From assembly GCA_000165345.1 (NCBI GenBank), contig CM000432.1:608001-672000 (forward strand): a DNA stretch of 64,000 bases, in the 5' to 3' direction. Made by a program: the position numbers and the translations under genes. Positions within the stretch are counted from its first letter, which is position 1. Every line of letters starts with the position of its first letter. Of this stretch, positions 52,812 to 63,400 are shown in pieces. The notes under the pieces were generated by a model. It was given only the letters and a program-made list of their open reading frames with translations. It had not been told where the DNA came from and searched no databases.

Positions 52812-54845
52812 CTATAACAAAGATATTAATAATTCTAATGAATCTTCAATTCCTCTGTATAATCTAATAACCTCTTGTTCAAAAATTGGATGAATATATG
52901 TGGAGTTTAATAGGCCAATTTCATACGCAAAATATATACGGTTTTTTATTTCAATTGACAAGTTAATGTATTGGTTTAATGTTTGTGCGTTCCATTCGCC
53001 CTTTAACCCATTAATAATTAAATTCTTCGCAGCAAACCTATGATAGCAATAAATGTATAGATAACATAGATCAATAGTGTAAAGTGTCATTTCTTGCATC
53101 AAAAAAATTAACTGTTGTATCATTTCACTTTCATTGCAGCTTAGAAATTTATTGTCTCTGTGATTAGTCAGATTTCGTTCAAAGTGCTTGCAGTAATTCT
53201 TAAATTTGTCGATTAATATACAAAAAATTTCATTTCTATGGTGCATAATCGAATTCGGCATATCCCATCCTGAAACCTTTTTTTCCCTGCTTTTAATTTT
53301 GGGGTTATTTAAATTATCTGAGAACAAAATGTTGCTATACCACCATTGATTAATACTTTTTGGGATGTGATTATTCTTTTCTAACTGATAATATGGCGAA
53401 TTTATGTGTAAAAACCAATCATCAATATTTATCTGAGAAAAAGAAATCCGTCTATCTAAACCGATGGTTGATTGAACAACAAAGCGAAAATCCCCATTGT
53501 TTATCGTTGCTACTTTTGTATGAATAGACGAATCAAGCAAAAGTACTGTTGAAAATATATTATCTAACTGTTTTTGTAATTTATCTAGCACAAAAAATAA
53601 CCTATATTCATACGCAAGCCATTCTTCAAAAACAATGTCTGAATTAATTGGAATTTTTTTGATTAAAAGATTTATCAACGACTTAATCTTTCGTAAATTA
53701 AGAAAGAATAATACTGGGAGAATTGTGAATAAGGAAAATATTGAATAAAAGGAATAAATCACTTTTTTCCATATTTTTTGTGAAAGTTTTATGCTGTTCC
53801 CAAAAAAAATAAATTTTTTCTGGAGATTTGTTATAAATCTTATAAAATTATCACTAGGAACAATACCTTCATGTAAGTTGCTATCATTTATTATCCCGTC
53901 ATTATTAAAAAACACTCCATTGATGTCTATTGATGATAAGTTTCTGATATTAGTTGACTGTAGTTCAATGCAATACCAATAAAAAGAGACCGTAATGAAT
54001 GATGTGAAATAAATACAAAATACAATGATAAACGAGTTCAATTCATTCTTCAATTTAAAACCTATCCTTAAAGAATAGAACTTATTTATAAGATTAAAAA
54101 AATTTGAGATTCCAGGAATATTTATCCCAAAGTAATATATAGGTAATGTTATAAATAAAGTTAGTATCGTAAAAATAAATGAATTCTTGATATTCCCTGA
54201 GAAGCCATTAAAAATAAAATAATCAATTACTTCAAAGAATTGTAACAAAAAGTTATTGTGTTCTTTTAGATTAAATTTTACTAATATTGGTTTTATAGAT
54301 ATTTGAGATGATAACAAGAAGATATTTTGATTCTTTCCAAAAAAACGAATAAATGATAATCCGCCAGCAACGAAAAAAAATGTCGACAAAAAATTAGGAA
54401 GTTCTAATAAAAACATTGTGCAAATATTCCAAAGTGTAAAAATTGAATAAGTTGCAGAAAAGAAGTGTAATGATAGCCATATCCATCTTGATGTAAAAAT
54501 CAATTCCCAAAGAACATATCTTGGAAAAGTAATTATCAAATCGTTAAACAATGTCAAGGATGCTGTTAAGTAGTGTTCGATGGTAATGCTCATCACTCTG
54601 CTAAATAATAGCAAGAGAAAAACAAGCTGGCATACTAAATTTGAAAATATTGATACAGATATTGTAGTTATAATCCCATTCTGAAACTTAAAATATAAGA
54701 ATAAAGTGTTAAATAAAGATAATATCGAACTTGTTGTACACCATATAATAAGAGGCCTAATGGTTGAGAGTAATGCCAAATACTTTAGCTGGCTATTAAA
54801 TGTAGTATTTGTGTGTTTATTCTCAATAGCGTTTTTACAATTCAT
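52812..54845 (-). CDS. Polytopic integral membrane protein (677 aa), unknown family
   Basis: The N-terminal ~400 aa contain about 10 hydrophobic helices, followed by a ~270-aa hydrophilic C-terminal domain. No motif recognised by eye. Divergently oriented to the megasynthase gene. Confidence 0.5.
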   Translation of the reverse strand: MNCKNAIENKHTNTTFNSQLKYLALLSTIRPLIIWCTTSSILSLFNTLFLYFKFQNGIITTISVSIFSNLVCQLVFLLLLFSRVMSITIEHYLTASLTLFNDLIITFPRYVLWELIFTSRWIWLSLHFFSATYSIFTLWNICTMFLLELPNFLSTFFFVAGGLSFIRFFGKNQNIFLLSSQISIKPILVKFNLKEHNNFLLQFFEVIDYFIFNGFSGNIKNSFIFTILTLFITLPIYYFGINIPGISNFFNLINKFYSLRIGFKLKNELNSFIIVFCIYFTSFITVSFYWYCIELQSTNIRNLSSIDINGVFFNNDGIINDSNLHEGIVPSDNFIRFITNLQKKFIFFGNSIKLSQKIWKKVIYSFYSIFSLFTILPVLFFLNLRKIKSLINLLIKKIPINSDIVFEEWLAYEYRLFFVLDKLQKQLDNIFSTVLLLDSSIHTKVATINNGDFRFVVQSTIGLDRRISFSQINIDDWFLHINSPYYQLEKNNHIPKSINQWWYSNILFSDNLNNPKIKSREKKVSGWDMPNSIMHHRNEIFCILIDKFKNYCKHFERNLTNHRDNKFLSCNESEMIQQLIFLMQEMTLYTIDLCYLYIYCYHRFAAKNLIINGLKGEWNAQTLNQYINLSIEIKNRIYFAYEIGLLNSTYIHPIFEQEVIRLYRGIEDSLELLISLL

Positions 54846-55260
54846 CTCACAAGTAAATAATTTTTTAATTAAAGAAATTAAATATATATTTTATTTCGCG
54901 GGGCATTTTTTTTATTATTTCCAGAATGAACAAAAATGTAAATACTTAACAATTAATTACCAAAACCTATAAGTGAATTATAAAGAACAATTGTTTATAT
55001 TGGAATAATTTGATTTATTCTTTAAAAGTATAGGGTAATATTTACTATATAGTAGCATTTTGAAAATCCAGAGTCAAATATTAGAATTTAGATCTCAAAA
55101 AATTATTGTTAAATTCATTTTAGCTTAGCTTCGAGTTATTAAGTTACCGCACAAAGTGTGTCATTCTTACAAGTAAAAGGCAGATTTGCAAAAGTAATTG
55201 CATTTTTATAGAATAATACTTAAACAAAAAAAAATAAGGATAAATTGTTTATATTACGTA

Positions 55261-57450
55261 ATGAATAGTAGTAAACCTGAGTATGATGCAATCATCAGCC
55301 AAATCGAGTTATTCTCAAACACAATACCTGATAGTAATGCATTTGTTTGGTTGAATGATAATGGGAATGAAGAGTCAACAATTACTTATAAAAATCTTTG
55401 GAAATCAATTAGAATAATCTCTCATTTTTTGTTAAATGAATTGTCATTAAAAAAAGGTGATAGGATTATTTTGTGTTACACACCAGGAATTGATTTCATA
55501 TATTCTTTTTATGGCTGTCTTGCAAGTGGAATTGTTGCAATTCCTGTTTACCCTGCAGATCCAAATAATTCATCTCAAGTGGATAGGCTTCGTAAGATTG
55601 TTGACATAAGCCAAGCTAATGCTTGTCTTACTAATTCATCCTACAATAGAATTATTTCACTATTCAAATTTAAATTTTTCAATGAACCTCTTTGGAATGC
55701 AATTAGTTGGTACTCGACAGATAAAATATTAAGAGACTATAGTGAATTTGAATTAGTAACAGATAATGGTTTTTACAAATCGAAAAATGACTCATTGAAT
55801 CCGTTTAAAACAGTTGTGAAGAATGAAATTATTCATTTTAAAAAGCCAAAATGTGAGCCTCATGATAGCGCATTCATACAATTTACATCCGGATCAACAG
55901 GTCATCCAAAAGGAGTAATTGTTACTCATGGATCATTATATTATAATTCACTATTGTGTATGAAATGTTTTAACTTCTCTCTAGAACCTAAATTTGAATC
56001 ACCCGAAACAAAAATAACTGAAAATGATATCGAAACGAGTGATGAAGCTAATAAAATACTAAAAGAAATTATTGAAATTAAAAATCAATTCATAAAGACT
56101 TTTGGGCATAACATTAGAGGATTTTCTTGGCTCCCAATGTATCATGATATGGGTTTAGTAGGATTTATTGTTAGCACAGTAATTATCGGATCTGAAACGT
56201 TTTTACTATCACCATTTTCATTTATTAAGAACCCCCACATATGGCTTAAAGTGATTTCAAAATACAGAATTGCTGCAACTGCTGCACCAAATTTTGCATT
56301 TGATTATATTTGTAGAAAAATAACAAACGATGAATTAGAAGAAATAAATAACTTGGGTGGATTAGGTTGTTTGAAACATGGTGGTATTTTAAGTGGTTCT
56401 GAACCAATTAGAGCTGCAACACTTGTTAGGTTTGTAAAAAAATTTTCTTCAGTGGGTTTTTGTTCATCTGCCTTCCTTCCTGCGTATGGGATGGCTGAAA
56501 ATACACTTATTATTTCCGGACTTAAAAAAAAAAGCAAACTATTTCCTAAGGTATTAACATTAAAAAGTGATAAAATAATCCCAGGAAAAAAGGTTGAAAT
56601 AGTCAATTATGGATATATTTCTTGTTATTGTAACTATTGTAAACACGAAAATAGCATTGAATTCAATGACAAAGATTGCATGAAAAGAAATTTAGTATGT
56701 TGTGGAGAAAAGAACTCAGTAAACGATAAAATCATCATTGTTTGCCCAGAAAAAAATACGATTCTTCCAGAAAATTATGTTGGTGAGATTTGGGTTTCTT
56801 CTAGAAGTAAAGGCGCAGGATATTGGCTCTTACATGATCTAACTGACAAAATTTTCTTTGCAAAAGTAAAGGAATGTGATTCTGACTTGTCTGATATAAA
56901 ATTTTTGAAAACTGGAGATTTGGGTTTCATAAATAACGATCAGTTATATATAGTAGGAAGGCAAAAAGATGTAATTATCATTAGAGGTAAAAACTATTAT
57001 CCGCAGGATATTGAAGAAGTAATCGATACTTGCCACGAAGTAATTCGTCCGGGTTGTTGTGTGGCATTTTCAATTGATATTGATGGTGAAGAAAAGCTTG
57101 CAATTGCAACAGAAGTAAGAAGTGAGCTTATTGAATCTTCGGATATTTTGGGAATTAAATCATATATTAAAGGTTTAATTAATAAAAAAGAAAGATTTCA
57201 AGCTAAAGATATTATTGATAAGCTATCAATTAGTATTCAGAAATACTTAGGAATTGAGGTTTATAGAATAATATTAATAAAAGAAAAAAAAATGCCAAAA
57301 ACCTCAAGTGGTAAAGTTCAAAGGTCAAAAGTTAAACAAATGATTATGAATGGAGATTTTGGTTCAAGCATTGTAATTGATTTTATTAACAATAATTTAG
57401 AAAATATAAAATTAGTTGAAGTGTTTGACAAAGATGAAAGAAATATTGAC
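55261..57450 (+). other. Acyl-AMP ligase (adenylation) loading domain of the megasynthase
   Basis: AMP-binding motifs FTSGSTGHPKGV, PMYHDMGL and YGMAENT. Boundaries approximate. Confidence 0.8.
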
Positions 57451-60400
57451 TCCGATTACTTTTCAGTTTACAGTGAAAATGAATTTCCTGATAAAATATA
57501 TGAGAGGGTAAAGCATATATTTGAGTCAGTAGTAGGAAATAAATATTTTCCAGAGTTAGATGATCCACTTCTTTCATGCGGAATTGAATCAATTAAAGCT
57601 GTGGAAATATGTAATGCGCTTTCAAAAGAATTTAATATTGATTTCCCTGCAACTTTAATATTTGATTTTCCAACTCTGAGACTTTTAATAGAGCATATTG
57701 ACCTTCTCAAAAATGGAAATAAGGAATACTTACCCAATGAAATCACCAGTGTACCTGGAAAAACTACTAGTGAGTTTGTTATTTCTGGAATAAATGCTCA
57801 CTTACCTGGTTTTAGCTCGAACAACCCGTTTGTGAAGCTTTGGGAAGTAATGATGAATAGTGCAAATGTATTTTCTCCTGTTCCACATGAAAGATGGAAT
57901 GCATATTGTTTTAATGAAAAGAAGTCTATTTCTGCTATTCAAAAAATTAAAAACTACTATACTGATACAGGTGCTTATATTATTGGATCAGAATTTTTCG
58001 ATTTAGAAAAATTCAAAATACTTCCAATAGAAGTTGAGCATATGGATCCACAACAGAGATTACTATTAAGGGGAACCGAAAAGATTTTAAAACATGTTGA
58101 ACTCCCAACAAATAATTCAACTGGTGTTTATATTGGATGTTGTTCTAATGATTGGAGTCAAATCATTTCTAATTCTACTCATCTTTCTGTTTACTCTGGA
58201 ACAGGCGCATCTCCTTCAATACTAGCAAATAGAATCTCATTTTATAATGGGTTCGCAGGACCATCTATTACAATTGATACTGCATGTTCTTCAAGTTTAG
58301 TTGCATTGGATATCGCCCTTCATCATCTTCAACAAAACATAACAAATACTGCTTTTGTAGCAGGAGTCAACTCAATACTAAACCCAAACATATTTGTTTC
58401 GTTGTGTAAAGCAAAAATGCTCTCTGATACAGGAAAATGCTCACCTTTTGATGAAAGTGCAAACGGTTTTGTTAGGGGTGAAGGATGTATAATTGTATGT
58501 ATTCAACATATATCAATAGCAAAGAAAAAAATTGCAACAATTCTCGGTACATATGTTAATCAGGATGGAAAAACAACAACTCTAACTGCTCCAAAAGGAC
58601 CATCACAAGTATCTGCAATAAGGAATTGTCTAGGAATTTCGGGAATGCATCCATCAGAGATTAATTATATCGAATGCCACGGTACAGGCACCCCGTTGGG
58701 TGATCCGATAGAGGCAGGAGCAATAATGTCTGTTTTTAAAACTCATAATGAATACCAATATAATGTAACTCACATGAATTCTAATATCGTAATAGGTGCA
58801 TTCAAATCAAACATTGGTCATTTAGAAGGTGCAGCAGGTTTAGCTGGTCTTTTAAAAGTATTACTTGTTATGTCAAGAAGATTTTTCCCAGGAATAGGGA
58901 ATTTAATAAACATCAATACTCATATTAAAAAATTGTTAAATGATAAAACAAATCATAATCGAATTATTTTTCCTAATATGAATGAAGGAAAATATTTTTC
59001 AGAAATAGGAATTGAAGAAACACAAGTTTTGCGATCCGGAATATCATCTTTTGGATTTGGTGGTACTAATTCTCACGTAATTATTGAAGAAGGGGCAAAT
59101 ATTAACTCAATTTGGGATATTGAAACTGAGGAGAACTCTGACTTACAAGAAGGCAATTACTTCCCATGGACTGCAAGATTTCATCCCTTCATTTCAACAA
59201 TTAACAACAAAGACGAAATTTATTCTTACGCTATTTCGAAATTGAAGTGTAAAAAATATGTTATTGAGCACATTATTAATGGATTAAGCATATTTCCTGC
59301 ATCAGGATATATTGAGCTTGCTATTATAACTTGCAGGCTCGCAGCATTAGATATTTCTAGTGGTGAACAAATTGTTTATATTCAAAAAAAAAATTCTAGA
59401 GATGAAATTATAAGCGAGTTCAAGAAGAGTAACTTTGATATACTAACTAGAGAATCAAATATATACTTATTGAAAACTTCCCCCGTAGTAATAAAGAACC
59501 TAGAAATTATTTCTGTTTTCAATTTAGATAATCTGGAAAATGAGGAATTAAATGCAAACATACATATTAATGAAGGAAAAGTTTCTATTTATTCAAAAAA
59601 TAGGGATTATTTCAGTTGTAATGCAAATTTAATTTTAGATATTGAATCAAACAACAGAATGGAAATTCTGGATAATTCCTTTACAGTTGATGAATTTAAA
59701 AAAGTATGCATACTTAGAACAATTGTTCATGATGAATTATATGATTTGTTAAATAATTCAGGATATAATTATATAGGTAGATATCGTTCATTGGAATATG
59801 TTTCAATTGGAGATTCAATTGGGTATGGAAAGATTAAAACGGATGAATATGACTCTAGTCCTTTTTGCATCGCACCCTGGATATTAGATTCAGCGTTTCA
59901 AGTTTTAGGAGGATTCTTAATTACTAATGGGAATATTAATGGACAATTCATTCCAGTTAGAATTGAAGAAATGTTAATCAATTCCGATATATCGTATTCA
60001 GAACTTTATTCTTTAGTAAAAATCACAAATATTGAAGAAAAACAAATAATTTGTAACATTTGTTTGATAAATGAAAAAGGTTCTAAATTGATTGAAATTG
60101 TAAAAATGAATTTCATAAAAAATGAAATTCCAAACCAAAAAACAGTAGTAAATTTGGATCATAAAAAAAAAATAGATCATCTAAATTCCAAAGTAGATTA
60201 CGAAAATAATTATTTTGGTATAAAATTAGATTGGAGACCAGTTGCAGCGTCGGAATTATTTGAAAATAACGATAATGTAAATAGTTATAGTATTATTACA
60301 TCTGATAAGCAATTTTCTAGGATAAATTCAAGCCTAGAAAAAACAGGAAATAAAATAATTAAATTTAATAAAAATCTTATTAATTTTGATGGGAATATTG

Positions 60401-63400
60401 TTTTCTTTAATTGCAAATTAGAGGAAATAAAAATTTCTATTAAACAAGCAAAAAGTGGAGCAAGGTTCTACATATTAACGAAAAACGCAATACCAATTGA
60501 AAAAATAATTAGAACTGATGGTTTTTCATTTGATAACTTATATTGGGACTCGATTAATCAATTTATTTTAGAAAACAATATTATTATTTCCGTTATTGAC
60601 ATAGAATCATTTGACGAATTGAATAGCCAAATTAAATTTGGAATTAACTATCTTGGGAAAAACAATATTAAAAATAAGATACCAAATATTTTGTTTGATC
60701 ACTTAGTAATTAGAAATGTTCAAATGGCAAGGGAGAGAAATCTAACCTTGATTGGCTATTCCGCTACTCCAATTCGAATTGGAAATTGCATCGGTATAGA
60801 TAATTTTAAATATGAACTAACCTCAAGAGGAGAACTTAAAAACTTCAAAATAAAATATTCTGAGAAATTTAAAATAGAAGAATTAGGGGATGATGAGGTT
60901 AAGGTTCAAGTTAAAGCAGTTGGGTTGAATTTTAGGGATATATTAAATATAATGAATTTATATCCTGGAGACCCTGGTGAACCTGGTAGCGACTTTTCTG
61001 GAATTATAATAGGTATTGGTAATAATGTTAAACCATTCAAAATAGGTGATCATGTTTGGGGATTTGCAAGAGGTTGCTTCAAATCTCAGTTGGTAACAAC
61101 ATCTACATTAATTTCTAAAAAGCCAAGAAATTTATCATTTGAAGAAGCTGCAGCTTTACCCGTAATCTTTTGCACAGTAGAAGCTTCATTCAATGATTTA
61201 TATAAAGTAAAAAAAGGAGATTTTGTACTGATCCATGCTGCAACTGGTGGAGTTGGTATTGCAAGTGTTCAGTATTGTATTAATAAGGGCGCAATAGTAT
61301 TTGCAACATGTTCTTCTAACTCAAAAAAAAAATGGCTTTGTGGATTGGGAGTTCATTATGTCTCAAGTTCGAGAGATCACAAAATATTTAACAAAGAAAT
61401 GAATGAATTCTTAAATATTGCATCAAAAAGATACAGAGGTGGAAAAAATGCAAAGTTTGATTTAGTACTCAATTGTCTTTCTGGTGAATTTATTCATGAA
61501 TCCTTTAAGAAAATACGTTCAGGAGGAACATTTATTGAATTGGGAAAAAGAGAAACTTTGGACTATTCTCAGGCAAAATCAAATTATCCAGAGATAAATT
61601 ATTTGAAACTAGCAATCGATGAATTGGTTGTGGGTAATGCCAAATATATTCAATCATTACTTTCAAGGTATGAGACTAATAATTTAATTAATACAAATCC
61701 TACTTTGCCTGTTAAGGTTTTTAAAATGGAATCTTGTACTCTAGAAGCATTAAGGTTTATGCAAAAGGCTTCTCACATCGGTAAAATAGTATTAACATTG
61801 CCACCTCCTCAAACACTAATGTTTGAGGCTTTTAATTACAAGACATTGAATATAGTTAATCTTGAAAAGTTTTCTATTGAATTATTCAAAAGATATGAAT
61901 GTAGTGAGTTAGTAGATTTACTGGACCAAGAATCAAGAAATTTTGAGTTATACAAAGATTGCGAATCAAAGTTTATTAATGAAATGATTACTAAAGGAAA
62001 TATTATCGGGCCATTCGAGATATTCTCCAAATACAAGAATATGTTGGAATCTTTGTTTTCAGCTAGTCAATCAATACCTTTAAAGGTAATTAACTATATT
62101 ATTGATAATGAAATTTTTGAAGAATTACGTATTCTTATTATTTCTCCAATATTTCCAGAAATATTATTGGATAAAATTTTATCATTTAAATCAGGCAAGG
62201 TGGTATTTTTAACAATTTATGATGAAAACAACAAGGAGAGATGTTATAAAGTAGGTAATAATATAGTAAATTATGTTAGCAGTATTATTAACCTTAATTC
62301 TGAACAATTCGACTTTGCAATTATCACCTCAACATTCTTTGGAAAACTTTCATTTATCTCATTAATGGAAAATATAAAATTGATGCTTAAAAAAGGAGGG
62401 CCACTTTTTATTATCAACCCATTTGGAGAAGGTTTAACATCAAGTATTATCAAACAGCAATATTGTAGTTATACATCAAAAATAATTGTTCCAATTAAAT
62501 TTAGAGTTGATTTTAATGTTGAAAACGTTATTGATGAATTTAAGTTGATAAATTGTGACAAAAATAAAACAGTTAAATTCTACTCTTTCGAAACAAATTA
62601 TTGGGATTCAGAATTTGTAAAGCAAAATAATACTGACGATAATGGATTCAAAAACAATTTTCATATAATTTTATCCCATAAAGAAGACGAAATATCTTTA
62701 TTTGCTGCTACTAAGTTGTTAAGCGAAGCAGGTGCAAACAATTTTGTGTATATATCAACGGAAAAAATTACAATTAATTACCCATTCAAGTACAAATTTG
62801 AAATTGAAAAAGAAAACTTTGTTCAAAATTTCAAAAGAATATTAAGTGGAAATGGAATTTACAAAATTTCGGGAATAATATGTTTGCCCTTAAATCATTT
62901 GGAATGCAAAGAAATTTCAAATATTCTTTGGGATATTCATTCAATTTCATTTATTTCAACTACATCTATTCAATATTTCTTACTTTGCTCTTGTAATGAC
63001 AAAAATAATTTAATATTAGAAACATTTTGTAGATACAGACGTAACATTGGTCTTCCTGGGCAAGTTGCTTTTTGGAATTATAATTCAGAACAAGTTTCCA
63101 ATCTTAATCATGGCTCATTTGTACAAGCTGCAATTAAACTTGCAATTGTAAGTAATTCTGCTTGTATTTACAAACCAATGAAAAATCAAGTTGAAAATAG
63201 CGAGGCTTGGGAAACTAACAGTAAAATTGTGTTTGATAAACAACATATAACGAACATAATAGTAAACACAATAAATGATATTGTAGGAATTGAAAAAATT
63301 GACTTTAACACTCCACTAATTGAATTAGGACTCGACTCTTTATCCGCAGTTGAAGTTAGAAATGCAATTTCTAACGAATTAAATATCGTTTTACCAATTA

